DNA of 64,000 bases from Eledone cirrhosa (GCA_964016885.1 OZ024741.1:359290001-359354000); one strand, 5' to 3'; shown: positions 11,395 through 27,515, numbered from the stretch's first letter. Numbers and translations: made by a program. The notes: generated from the letters alone by a model not told the origin.

Positions 11395-12695
11395 TCTACA
11401 TATATATATATATATATAAAACAGAGGATGTCTGTCTGCCTGTGTAAATACCTAAAACTCGAGAAATACCCGACCGATTTTTTTCAAACTTTACACATGC
11501 GTTATTTATATTTCTTGAAGTGCAACGGGCTACTTTAACTTTTTCTGCCCTAGTGCATTAAGTGCATTAAGTGAAAAACTGCATTTGTTAGGCATTTTGA
11601 GGCGTAACTTAAAGATAATCCAGCCAATTTCCTCGAAATTTGCAGCACACATTAGTTAGTCCCCTCGCATTGCCGTGGACAAAAAATATTTCCGATTCCA
11701 TTAATGGTTTCTAGGAAATTTACGAATTAGCATTGGGCATTACATGCCATTTTCAATTTCAATATAAATGCTACTTAAACATCGTAAGTAACGTATAATA
11801 TTTCGTTAAAAATTTGGTTTATTTAACAGAGGACACAACACTTACTTACTTTTAAGCAGGACCATTTTCGGGGTATTGAGGAAATGAGGAGGACCTGAAA
11901 ATTTTTGTTGGCGCCCTGTTGACACTTCGTGCTTTCATCACGTGCAAATCTGTACGTTGCCGTGTTATTGAGACCGTAAAACTCACGTCTGTACTACTTC
12001 TACTAAGAACCCTTTTGCTGCACCTACACTGCAGTATGAACGCCCTGCGCAAGTACGCCGAACAGCGGTTGTACTAATTCCGCGATGACCCCTTTTGTCG
12101 CACATAGACATAACTGATGATGTCTGTCCAGATGACTGGGTGCGAATCTATAAAACTCGAAAAGTACCTAACCGATTTTCTCCAAATGGAAGAAAAATCA
12201 TACTCTAAGATTTAGTACGCTTAAAGAGTATCCAGATTATTTTCTTTAGATTTTGCACATGCATGCAGATGTTTCACGATTCGAGCCTGCTGGTGTTCTA
12301 CGTTTCCAGTAGATGATCATTCCCTGAGAATAAGGGAATTCAAAAAGAATTTTTGCAACACGAATTGGCGCGAAACTTATAGTACTCATTCACGTGACAT
12401 TCAACAACCAATCAAATCTTAATACCTCTGGAGCCACTTTCTTCACATAAAACAGGTAGAATTTCCAAAACTGATCAGATTAGAGCAAACATCACGGGCG
12501 CTCTATCTCAAAATTATTTTTGAAAAGCATTAGAAATGCGCAACCGGTAAAAAATTAAAACTAAAACTGAATACTAACCAATACTTATTACTAATTTTTA
12601 TTTATTCCTAATTAAACTATTTTTCACTGGGAAAAATTTGTCAGCATTTTCTTTTCCTTTTACTAATATATCACAACTCGTGTGTTACACCTCTA
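11395..12695 (+). mobile_element. Possible non-autonomous Helitron-like element
   Basis: A|TC start followed by TATATATAAAA...GATGTCTGTCTG and AAAACTCGA...ACCGATTTT, repeated internally near 12118-12187; the 3' CTRR end is not clearly seen. Confidence 0.4.
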
Positions 12696-12701
12696 TTCTT
12701 T

Positions 12702-12753
<52 letters not shown>

Positions 12754-13362
12754 CAAGGTATAGCAAATAGAGAAAAAGTTTTTAAATAAATTTTAAAAAA
12801 ATTCGGTGTACTTACTATATATGCCTTTACCGCGGTTTCATGCTCCAGAATAAACGGAAAATCCAAGCGGATTTTCATTGAGAAGGGAGCAATCTTCAGA
12901 AGGCTCTTCTCCCTCGGAGAATATAAAATTCCCGAATTCAAATCACAAACTGACGCCATACAAAACCATTCCAAAATGAGAGCGGATGATGAAAGAAATA
13001 ATTCTGTCTGGTGCCGTGTGCAAATACAAAAAGCAGGGTGGACAGGTCAATGTCCTGCCACTAGAAATAGCAGCAGTCCAAACGGTCAAAATGTTATCTC
13101 TACCTTAGGGGGCGATCAATAATAATAAAGTATGAATTCCTACGTGTAAAAAATACATATAAGGAAACAAGTATTATCCAACCATATGTCAATGTGGTTC
13201 TATGGCAGGTTAATAAATTAACAAGCCAGAACATATAAAATGAAGGTCTAGCAAATAGAGAAATATATATATATATATAGGAAAGTAAAAAACAACAACG
13301 CAGGAGTACAAGTTACAAAAAGTATTAGGTTCACACTTAGTGAGAATGGGGCATGTGGGTGC

Positions 13363-13390
13363 GACGTTTCAGGCATAAGCCCTTCAGCAG
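13363..13390 (-). ncRNA. Penelope-type minimal hammerhead (one core substitution)
   Basis: Minus strand CUGCUGA-AG-GGC(UUAU)GCC-U-GAAA-CGUC with palindromic ACGU stem III; A6 replaced by C. Confidence 0.6.
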
Positions 13391-13974
13391 GAGAGTGGGG
13401 GGGGGACTCCGAAAGGGAGTGAGGAGGGAGTTAGTGGAAAAAAAATAAAAATAAAACATGAGTTGGAAAATAAAAGTTAAAAACAAGTGATGAAAAGATG
13501 TGAGGCACAAAAACAAGATGGCGTAGGACAGAACAAAGGAGAGGCACAAAACAAAGAAAAGAATCCCAGTCACTGAAGAGGTCACAGAATGTGTGACGAA
13601 AGAACTTTGACAATATATGAACAACCGTCCAGTTGTGGAACCAACCAACCAACCGGAAATTTATAAAAAAAAATTTTTTTTTAAAAAGATTTTTTAATTT
13701 ATAATAAATTGGAGTGAAAGCAACTGGTGCATGTGTTTCTTATTGGCAACATGACCCTCCTAAAGTATAACAACATATATATATATATATAAATATATAT
13801 ATATATGTATATATATATCATCATCATTATGAATATATACGAATATACATTTATATATGTATATATATATGTGTGTGTGAGTGTAAATATTATATATACA
13901 TAAATAAATATATATATATACATGTATATATGTATATATGTGTGTGTATGTACATATGTATGTATTCATAAATG

Positions 13975-14700
13975 CATGCGAACAGCAATGTTACATGGAA
14001 GTGAAACCTGGGCGCTGTCTGTGGAAGACTTACGTAGATTAGAAAGAAACGTAGATTAGAAAGAAACGAAGCCTACATGCTCCGATGGATGTGAACGGCA
14101 AAGTATAAACGAATTGAGAGAGAGACTGAACATAAAAGGAATCAAATGCTGTGTGCAGGAGAGGAGGTTGCGTTGGTATGGACATGTGATGTGTATGAAG
14201 GATGACAGCTGCATAAAAAGGTGCAGAGCACTAGAAGTCGATGGAAACCGCGGAGTGGGGAGACCCAAGAAGATCTGGGATGAGGTGATAAAGGCTGACC
14301 TTACCCAATTGCACCTCTCAAGAGCAATGACACACAACCATGACCTCTGGCGTCACGCAGTAATACAGAAGACCCGACCCCCCACAGGAACAAGCCGAAG
14401 CTGAAGCATAAAAACAATATGACCCCACTGCAAAGTGGTCATGGAGGTGCCACGGCAAAAAAGCACCCAGCCCACACTGTAAAGTGGACGTGTAGGCACC
14501 ACGGAAAAAAGCACCCAGCACTCACTGTAAATGAGGTTGGTGTTAGGAAGGGCATCCAGCTGTAGAAATCAAGCCAGAATCAGTTCCTGTATGAGCAAGA
14601 CAAGGTCAGCCGACTGGACATTGTCACAACAGGACAACCCGTCTAACCCATGCTATCGTAGAAGAACGGATGTAAAACAGTGATGATGATGATGATGGTG
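13975..14700 (+). mobile_element. RTE LINE 3' fragment with 3' UTR and (GAT)n tail
   Basis: TAMLHGSETWAL...RRLRWYGHVM...GRPKKIW; same family as 30975-31640(-), 34085-34550(-), 38480-38975(-) and 61915-63068(+). Confidence 0.9.
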
Positions 14701-14740
14701 CATGCATGCATGTATGTATGGATATAGGTGTGCATATGTA

Positions 14741-18103
<3,363 letters not shown>

Positions 18104-18530
18104 TGTGGATGTGTGTGTATGTATATAAGTATGTATATGTATGCATTTGTGTGTGTATGTGAGAACACAGATGTGACAGGTTTATGAGGAAAACTTTGCA
18201 ACCACCAATCTGAGAAAGTGGCTTTGTATTTCCATCAACAGACAAACAAACCAGTACACAAAAATGGCTTGGGATCTATCAGCTCTGAAGAGTCATGGGA
18301 AAAGAACCATGTGGAAATCGTAAACACAGATAGCAATTTTAGATAAAACCAGTGTACTGTACAAACTATTGGTGCGATGTAGAAATAAAACGAAGAAAAC
18401 ATTCGGTTGTATTCTCATAGTGTTTTGTTAAATTTAAAACTAGGTCAAATGAGAAAATATAAACCAAACAATATGTATGTTTATGTCAATAAAGATTTTA
18501 CAATTTTGAATCAGTTATTTAGAAAGAAAC

Positions 18531-18588
18531 ATGAATTTTTACCTTTGTCACCTTACTGTTCTTTTAAATGTTTTCTTCATTGCTGAAG
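18531..18588 (+). CDS. Pancreatic lipase-related protein B, exon 1 (signal peptide)
   Basis: ATG MNFYLCHLTVLLNVFFIAE, AG|GTAAGA donor; phase 1 matches the next exon. Confidence 0.7.
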
Positions 18589-20477
18589 GTAAGAAGAATT
18601 TCTCATACCATTTATATGTATCTGTTTTTGTTGTTTTTTTTTTGTTTTGTATTTTTTTAAATGTTCTAACTCTTAACATCCTGTTAAGAGTTTTCCAGAT
18701 GAAATTGCATTAGCAAGACATTCTTGAAAATTACAAAACACTACTATAATTGCATCACACTAAAAATTAAAATCTTAACTTTAATACAGTAAATTTTCAC
18801 AACGATCTGTCCAATAGTAAAGATACTATAAGCATTTGAATTAACAAAACTGGTTTTAGATATTTTATGTTAGATAATTACGAGACTTTAAGAATTAAAT
18901 TTGTATAGTTAATACAGTATGAAGCACTGTGAAATATGTGGTCAGGATTGTTTAGGAAAAGCCAATACAATGCAAGTTAGAAACAATTTACACTTTTATC
19001 AAAACAAAACAATTTACACTTTTATCTTATAATTCATATCTTAGGGCTAGGAACCCTGTATTAAAAATTAGGTATTGGAATGTGATGGGGTTAATGGGAT
19101 GGATAAGGGAGATTTTGTTTTTAGACATATTTCCCTCTCTTTAAGGCACATGTGAAGAATTATGGCCTAGTGGTTAGCTCATGATAATAAGGTTGAGGAT
19201 TCAATTTCTAGACTGGATGAGAAGTTGTTTCCTTGAACAAGGCATTTCATTTCATGTTCTTTTAATTCATTCAGCTGAAAATGAGTACTAGTTGTAGCTG
19301 ATAACAAATTGGTTGTACCATTAGAATGACACATTAAAGGCTTTGCCCTATTTGTTCTCTGTGCTCTGAGTTCAAATTCCACCTAACTCTGCCTTTCATT
19401 TTTTAGGAGTTGATAAAATAAAGTACTAGTTCAGGGCAACAGATTGGTGGAATTGTTAGAGAATTGGATGAAATGTTTTGCAGTATCTGTTCTGGCTCTG
19501 TGCATTCTGAAAATCCATATTCTATATATGGATTCCAATTCCACCAATAGCCAATGCTCATCATCCAACCACAAGACAAGAACTAATTATGAAAGCTGCA
19601 ATTGATGGAGGATGATTGTGAGCCATCTGCTACTGCAATTGAACTACGATGATGATGATGATGATATATCATCATCATCATCATCATTTCATTTTTCGTC
19701 CGCTTTTCCCTGCTTGCAAGGGTGGGACAGGAACTGATTCTGGCTTGATTTCTACAGCTGGATGCCCTTCCTAACACCAACCTCATTTACAGTGAGTGCT
19801 GGGTGCTTTTTTGCCGTGGTACCTACACGACCACTTTGCAGTGGAATGATATGGACCCCAATCCCTATCATCTCATTTCTACAGCTGAGTAAACTGGAGC
19901 AATGTGAAATAAAGTGTCTTGCTCAAGGAAACAACACATCACCCAGTCTGAGAATTGAACTCACAACCTTTCGATTGCAAGGCCAATGCTCTAACCACTA
20001 AGCCATGTGCCTCCATCATATGATGATGATGATGATATATATTTACATATATATATATGAGTCCTGGGTTCAATTGGGGATAACCACAGTAAGTAAGGTA
20101 CTCAATACATTAGCAGAATGTAAACAACAAACTAAATATAGAAATCGCCTCTACAGGACTAGAATTGTTTCATTCGAAGGAAATCAACAGGAAAGCTGAT
20201 TGTTATTGTAATATGGTGGTATTTGTATGTTTTCTGGTGGTTGAGGAAGGTGGTGATTTTGAGGTTGGATAGAGGCCATTGGCCAAAGGATTTTAAAGAA
20301 CAGAGATTCTTTGAAAAAAACATTTTTATAAATATACACATTAATACAATAAAAGGCAAGGTTCATATTGACACTTAAATACCTATAGACACACATAGAT
20401 ACAAACACCCTGGAAGGCCACTCTCATCAACAAATAAACAAAATGTGGAAGTGGTGCGAGCAGTAATGGCAAAAGAT

Positions 20478-21778
20478 TGAGATATATTCAAGAGGCTTTG
20501 AGACTTTTATTAGAGAGACATTTATTTAACTTAGATCAACACAATATTCTAGTCTCCCTCAAAGTAGGATCCTTCAACTTCAATGCACTTTTTGTAGCAC
20601 TCCAGCCACTTCTGGAAGGCCCTCTTGTAGTTCTCCAAAGTGAAAGTGTCCAGGGTACTTATCACAGCATCCTTCATCTCCTCCACATCCTCAAAGTGGA
20701 TACCCCTGAGCTTCTCCTTCAGCTTCGGGAACAAGTCGAATAGGGCAAAGTCTGGACTGTAGAACGGATGAAGGACAGTTTTGATCCCCATATTGGCCAA
20801 GTAGTTGGACACCATGATGGATTTGTGACAGGGGGGCATTATCCTGGTGCAGGTGCCACTAACCAGACATGAAGAGTTCTGGTCTTTTGCAATGAAATCT
20901 CTTTCTGAACTGCTTCAAAACCTCTATATTGTACTTGTTATTGACTATCTGGCCTTAGGGAATCCAGTGGATGTAGATGATGCTCTTATTATTAAAGAAT
21001 GTGGTAATCATGAGATTCCCAGTGGACCTGCTTTGCCTGGCCTTCTTGGTCTTGGGCCTTCTTGGTCTTGGGCCTTCTTGGTCTCTGGGTCATAACAGTA
21101 AATGCAGCTCTTGTCACAGATTACCAGAGACTCAAAGACACATGGATCCAAAGTGATCCGCTCGACCATCTCCCTGCTGTTATCAATGCGCCTCTGCCTT
21201 TTATGTTCATTGAGCACCCTGGGAACAAACTTTGTGCATGTTCAGATCATGCTCTGTGCCCTCAGCCACTTCAAATTGTTTAACAATCATCAGAAGAGAT
21301 GCACGACGGCCCTCATCCAGAAATTTGTGAATTTTATCAAAAGAATGTTGGCGTCCTGATGTCCCTCTCCCTGTCACACCCCTTGTTATACCTCACATGC
21401 TCCTTGCCCTCTTGAAACCACTTGTGCCAGTGGAAAATAGTCGCCCGGCTCATGAAAGTTAGTCTGTAAGCAGTTTTGACCATTTCATAGGTTTTTGCAG
21501 CCTTTTTTCCGAACTTGACACAAAACTTTATTGCATATCAATCCTCTAAGTTATCCTCACATCTCGACTGCATTGTGGAACCAGTCAGCAGTGACAAGAC
21601 GTGTATGATGGGTAGTGTTTAAAGTACTATATTGGCCCAAACCTTCAACCTGGAAAAAAGGATTTGGCATGTTAACTTATTATAACCATATCAAGGAAGT
21701 ATTAAAGTGACAGTTACATAAATCAATTAAAAAAGCCTGAAAAGATTAAGTCTCAAAACTTCTTGAGTGAACCTCATA
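20478..21778 (-). mobile_element. Second decayed mariner element
   Basis: About 29-bp imperfect TIRs (TGAG..TCAAGA.G.TTTGAGACTT); transposase remnants ICDKSCIYCYDPETK, HPFYSPD..FPKLKEKL, EGSYFEGD*. Confidence 0.85.
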
Positions 21779-22133
21779 AGTGTTAGGATGATTGCAGAAG
21801 AAACAGGCTTGGATAAAAATGTGGGTATGGTGTGGCGTGCGGTGGCTGGGGGCGGCGGGGGTGCTCGACTGGAAGGGGTCTTTCACCGGAAGGATGCTCG
21901 ACCGGAGGGGCCAGCAGAGGGCCTCTCTCTAGTGGTGACCAGCATACGGTGAGAACGCGTTTTGGGCAGCTCCCGGTGTTAAGCAGTCGGACGCACGTGG
22001 AAGAGGAGTACCTGCAGTGGAATTCAGCGGCGCCTGTGAAAAGCGGTAAGTGAGATAGCTTTTTCTAACCACAAGCTATTTCGGCGACTGAAAAAAAAAA
22101 AAAGAAAACACTTGCCGCAAAACAAATCAGAAG

Positions 22134-22895
22134 ATGGCGACAAGACTACGGATGAACGAAGCTATCAGGCCATTCACCGGGGAAGGTGATGTTGTCGCTT
22201 GGCTGCGGAAGGTTCGGCTGGTCGCGGGCTTGCAGAAGATAGAAGACGTGGCTGGTCTCATTGCATTGTACCTCGAGGGCGACGCGTTGGTACTCTTCCT
22301 TGAGTTGGACGAGCACAGCCAAAGAGATGTGCAGAAGATTGAGAGGCGTCTGATGGATGCATTCGCCGAGGGACCGTTGGCGGCTTTTGCTAAGCTGGCG
22401 AGAATCAGGTGGAATGGTGAGCGCGTCGACATTTTCGCAGCGGAAATAAGGCGGTTGGCTATGTTGGCCGGTTACCAGGCGGAATGCGAACGCACGGTGC
22501 GGTTGGCATTCATCAATGGATTTCCGGACGACATAGCGGTGAAACTGCAGCAAGTCCCGTGGTACAAGGAGATGGAAATGCGTTCACTGGTGGAACAAGC
22601 CCGGATCATAGCGGAAGATGCCAAAAAGAGTGTCGCGGCGATAGCGACTACGGAGGCTCAGGACACCTGGCAGCGAAATGGTCAAAGGGAGGCAACCTCG
22701 GCACGCGGCCGTTCGCGAGAATTTAAGGGCCGCTGTTTTAGGTGTCATGGCCTGCATATGGCTAGAGACTGTAGAGAGTCGAAGCCGGATATAATTTGCT
22801 ACCGGTGTAAGCGACCAGGCCACATTGCTACTAACTGCGACCAGGGAAACGATCCAAGAGGAACTACTGCGCCGGTAGTTGCCCCTTACGAGTAG
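22134..22895 (+). CDS. gag: Gypsy Gag
   Basis: 253-aa ORF with two zinc knuckles, CFRCHGLHMARDC and CYRCKRPGHIATNC. Confidence 0.9.
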   Translation: MATRLRMNEAIRPFTGEGDVVAWLRKVRLVAGLQKIEDVAGLIALYLEGDALVLFLELDEHSQRDVQKIERRLMDAFAEGPLAAFAKLARIRWNGERVDIFAAEIRRLAMLAGYQAECERTVRLAFINGFPDDIAVKLQQVPWYKEMEMRSLVEQARIIAEDAKKSVAAIATTEAQDTWQRNGQREATSARGRSREFKGRCFRCHGLHMARDCRESKPDIICYRCKRPGHIATNCDQGNDPRGTTAPVVAPYE

Positions 22896-25713
22896 AGGCG
22901 CTGCCCGTGGTGGAAGTCTTCGTGAGGGAGAAGCCACAGCGAGCCCTCGTGGATACGGGCTGTACGACGACACTGGTGACCGCGGGGGTGGTGCAGAGGT
23001 GGGGAGGGAAGAGCAGCGTAAGGGCAGTCGACGGCAGGAAAATTGAATGCCGAGGTCGCAGCGAGATGGAAATAGCGGTACGGGGAAGGACGATAAGGCT
23101 TTCCGCCATCGTGGTAGACAGTGTGGTGGATGGGATCGGTGTGGTTATGGGCATGGACGCGATTGGCCGTCTAGGGGGCGTCACGGTGAACAATGTTGGT
23201 GTGTCGTTTGGCGCCGCTGTATCGGTATGCGCTGTGAGTGCACGTCATGAGAACCAGAAGGCCCACGAGGAGCAACACCCCGCTTACACTGTACAGGACA
23301 AGGACTTCAAGGCCGTGTTTGATGGGCAGCGATGGGTTGTTGAGTGGTACTGGAAGGGAGAACCACCAACACTGAAGACCAAAGTGGGCTGCTATCAACA
23401 CACATTGGAGGGAAACGCTAGGGGCGAGTTTGAGCGAGAAGTAGAGAGATGGATCGAAGAGGGCATACTGCTTCCCTGGAAGGAGGAGGTGAAGTGTGGA
23501 GTATTGCCGTTGATGGCGGTGGTGCAACCCACGAAGAGCAAGGTGAGGCCGGTGCTGGACTATCGAGAGCTGAACGAGCACGTGTCATGCCACACGGGTG
23601 GCGAGGTCACGGATGTCTGTGGGGAAACCCTGCGTGAGTGGAGATGCATGACGGGGGGTTCAGCGATGGTGGATCTAAAGTCGGCTTACTTGCAGTTGCA
23701 TATAGATGAGAAGCTCTGGCGGTATCAGCTGGTCAGGTATAAGGGCCGGACATATTGCCTGACCAGGCTCGGTTTCGGGCTGAGCTCCGCACCGAAGATC
23801 ATGGCGGCGGTCCTCAAGACCGCTCTGGGGAGGGCCAACAAGATAAAGAGGGCTACTAACTCCTACATTGACGACATCCTAGTGGACGAGTCGGTAGTGT
23901 CGACGGCGGAGGTCACGAGCCATTTGCGGAGGTATGGACTGACTGCGAAGCCATCAGAAGCATTAGAGGGAGGAGCTGCGCTGGGACTTAGGCTACGGCA
24001 AGACAGGACGGGCGTTTTGGTGTTCCAGAGGGGAAACGAAGTTCCGGAACTGGGCCCAAGTATGAATAGGCGGGAGCTTTTCTCGATGTGTGGAAAGCTG
24101 GTGGGTCACTACCTGATCGCTGGGTGGTTCCGGACGGCATGCAGCTATGTCAAGAGACGAGCGGGAGGGGTGACTTGGAGTGACAGAGTGGGAGAGAGAA
24201 CGGTGGCCATGATGCAGGAGATTGTGGGGGAGGGTGAAGGCCGACGACTCAGTGCGGGGATGCTGGTATGTTCCCAAATCACGGAGCGGGACCGTATGGT
24301 GCGATGCCAGCAGCATAGCGCTGGGTGTCACGTTGGAGATAGGAGGTGTTGAGGTCGAGGATGCAGCCTGGCTTAGAAAGAAGGACGACTGCAGCCACAT
24401 CAATGTGGCCGAGCTGGACGCGGTGTTGAGAGGGGTGAACCTCGCCCTGCGGTGGGGGCTGCGCACCATCGGGATACGCACCGACTCGGCTACCGTACTC
24501 GGATGGGTAAGATCAGTGCTCACTAATGAGAAGAGAGTGCGAACGAGAGGCGCGGCAGAGATGCTGATAAAGCGCCGCCTGGGAACGTTAGGAGAGCTGG
24601 CCACCGAGTTCGACCTGAAGCTGAGCGTAGTGTTCGTGCCTTCAGAGAAAAATAGGGCGGACATCTTAACTAGAGTGAAGAAAGCCTGGATGGAAGCGCC
24701 GGAGGAGGTAGAGGATGAGATAGTGTCGGCTGACCGAGTTAGACCTGAAGGGGTTGCATGACATGCACCACATGGGGGTGGATAGGAGCCTGTTCCTAGC
24801 CAGGAGAATTGACTCGGACGTTAGCAGACACAGTGTTCGGGGGGTCGTTAGAGGCTGCGTCCGATGTCAGTCCATTGATCCCGCCCCGGGTGTACACGAA
24901 ACGGGAAGCCTCCCGGTGGATCGCAACTGGAAGCGATTAGCGGTGGATGTGACGCACTACCGGCAGGGAACGTACCTCTCGATGGTCGACTGTGGACCAG
25001 GTCGGATGGCGATATGGAGGGAGATGAAGACTGGAACGGCCGAGGAAATCGTGCGGACGTTGAGAGAGGTGTTCTTGGAGCAGGGCCCTGTGGATGAACT
25101 GCTGATGGACAACAGCGCAGCGTTCCGCTCGGAGGCACTGAGGGGGATGCTCGAGGGATGGAAGGTGGACCGTTTCTTCAGAGCGGCGCACAGGCCGAGC
25201 GGGAATGGAATCGTGGAGCGACACCACCGGACGATCAAGGCAATGGCGGAGCGGGGCCATATCTCACCAATGGAGGCAGTGTTCTGGTACAATATGTCCC
25301 CTCGGGTTGGACAGGTCGAGGAATCGGTGCCACACAGAGCAGTATTCAAATACGAGTGGCGGCACCCGTGCACGCCACCACAACGACCAGTGGGGAGAGA
25401 AAGTGCATTCGTGCAGGTGGGCGAAGAAGTCTGGGTTAAGCCCCCAGATGCACGGTGCACATCTCAATGGGGAAGGGGAACGGTGACGGCCGTAAATTCA
25501 AAGAACAATGTGTCCGTGGACGGGGTACCACGTCATGTCCTGGATGTAAAAAGAATCACTGTATCGACGGACTCCGAGGAAGAGGAAACCCAAGATGAGG
25601 TGGAAACCCAGAGCCCTGCCCCAATACTACGAAGATCGCAACGAAGTCGTAGACCACCGACCTGGACGGCAGACTTTCATATGCAGAGGGACGAGGGAGA
25701 AATTGATCCTTGA
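22850..25713 (+). pseudogene. pol: Gypsy Pol (protease, RT, RNase H, integrase) with two disabling frameshifts
   Basis: ALVDTG, VRPVLDYRELN, YIDD, WCDAS..AELDAV..TDS..ADILTR, HHCC and D,D,E (AVD, MDN, GIVER); breaks at the G-run near 24226-24230 and near 24725-24755. Confidence 0.9.
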
Positions 25714-26271
25714 GATCAGGGGGCGTGTGGGTATGGTGTGGCGTGCGGTGGCCGGGGGCGGGGGGGGAGTGCTCGACCGGAAGGGGTCTTTGACCGGAAG
25801 GATGCTTGACCGGAAGGGCCAGCAGAGGGCCTCTCTCTAGTGGTGACCAGCATACGGTGAGGACGCATTTTGGGCAGCTCCCGGTGTTAAGCAGTCGGAC
25901 ACACGTGGAAGAGGAGTACCTGCAGTGGAATTTAGCGGCGCCTGTGAAAAGCGGTAAGTGAGATAGCTTTTTCTAACCACAAAAAATAGAGATCTCAGAA
26001 TTTTATCAGACCATTTGCACTTGCAAAGGTTTTTGCAAACTAGTGCCTAAATACTTGTCTGTGGAGCAAAAAGAGAACTGGTTGGAAATTTGTTTGACTC
26101 AAAATTGAGCCATATTTCTTGGGTAAAGTAATAACAAGAGATGAATCATGGTTGTACACATACGATGCAGAGACAAAACAGCAAAATGAGAAGTAGCAGA
26201 CAAAATATTCTCCTCATCTGAAGAAAGCATGCATGAGCAGATCCAGGTTGAAAACGATTATTATCATTTTT

Positions 26272-27060
26272 TTCGGGTGTAAAATCAGTCGGCTGGAATT
26301 GACAGACAACATGGTGTTACTTAAGTCGACAGAAGGGGATCTCTGACTTGCGCTTGATAGCTTTGATGCCAAGTGCTGCATGGCTGGAAGGAAAATCAGT
26401 ACTGTGAAAACTGAGACACTTGTCCTCTGTGCAGATGGAGAAGTTCAAGTATCTCGGGAACGTGTTCGCAAGTGATGGAAGGTAGAAGGCTGAATTAAGT
26501 GCAAGAATTGCAGGAGTTGGTGCAGTAATGTGCCAGCTTCAGCATTCAGTAATCAGAAGAAGGGAAGTAACCATAAAAGCCAAACTCACTATCTTCAATT
26601 TGGTATTTGTGCCAACCCTTACCTATGGTCACGAATCTTGGGTAATGACTGAAAGAATATGATCACAAAAACAAGCAGCTGAAATGGGGTTGCTCCAAAG
26701 GGTCTTTGGAGTAACATTACTCGATAGAGTGTGTAGCTCACAGTTCAGAGAGTCACTCCAGGTAGAGTCGCTACTTCTCCAAATTGAGATATCACAGCTC
26801 CGATACTATGGGCATGAGGTTAGAATGTCTCAGGAAAGAATCGCTGTACAGATTTTAAGGGCTAAACCAACCGACAGGAAACCAGGAGTAGACCTCAAAC
26901 AAGTTGGTTAGATAACATCCATGAACTTAGCTGGTCTCACTTGGGGATCCAGCCGGATCAGTTGGAGTCAGTTGCTTCTGACAGGACCCGCTGGAAGGAG
27001 TGTTTGAGGACTCTGCCCGCATGACCCCTTCAGGAATAAGTGGGTAAGGAAGAAGAAGAA
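26272..27060 (+). mobile_element. RTE-type LINE 3' fragment (second family)
   Basis: KFKYLG, PTLTYGHESWVMT, QLRYYGH..RM, (GAA)n end; related copies at 35790-36190(-) and 48095-48560(-). Confidence 0.85.
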
Positions 27061-27376
27061 GCCATGAATTTTTACCTCCAGGACAGACAGTTAATCACAC
27101 CTTCTACTACAAAGATATGTTTGAATGACTTCGAAGACAGGTCCATCAAGTTCAAAAGGACATTGCAAGAGGTTAGGTACTACACTGCAATGACGTACTT
27201 TTTTCTGTGTACAGAGGAATAGCTGAAATTTACACTTCATTATTTTCAAAGTGAAGACTTCTAATCAAAAAAACAGAATTGTCGTTATATCTATATTAAA
27301 TTTATCTTAAATCTAGTATATGCTGCATTCAAGCATCAATATTTTATTATATTTGCTATTTAATTATATTTTCTAG

Positions 27377-27515
27377 GCTTTTTGGACTATAAAGTTTGTT
27401 TTGGAGAACTTGGTTGTTTCTCAAATGAAGGTCAATTTACCACAATGGAAAGGCCTATCACTTTCCTACCAAACACTCCAGAAAATATTGGTACCCAGTT
27501 TTTACTCTATACAAG
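27377..27515 (+). CDS. Lipase B exon 2
   Basis: tag acceptor, gtata donor; FLDYKVCFGELGCFSNEGQFTTMERPITFLPNTPENIGTQFLLYT is the typical pancreatic lipase N-terminus. Confidence 0.93.

Larger units (their letters stand above)
21820..25981 (+). mobile_element. Full-length compact Ty3/Gypsy LTR retrotransposon (4.16 kb)
   Basis: LTRs 21820-22073 and 25726-25981 (TGTGG...CCACA); A-run TSD; PPT GAGATCAGGGGGCG; domain order PR-RT-RH-IN. Confidence 0.95.
20406..26272 (+). mobile_element. Old mariner transposase fragment split into three pieces (20406-20477, 21779-21819, 25982-26272)
   Basis: HPGRPLSSTNKQNVEVVRAVMAKD / SVRMIAEETGLDKN / RILSDHL...LVPK...KVITRDESWLYTYDAETKQQ are collinear. Confidence 0.8.

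Noticed and set aside
18458-18516. TATAAA plus TCAGTT initiator as the lipase B core promoter
   Set aside because: Spacing of about 53 nt is non-canonical, and such motifs are common in AT-rich DNA.
22127-25486. Many antisense and overlapping ORFs within the Gypsy element
   Set aside because: Expected shadow ORFs in GC-rich coding DNA; no motifs.
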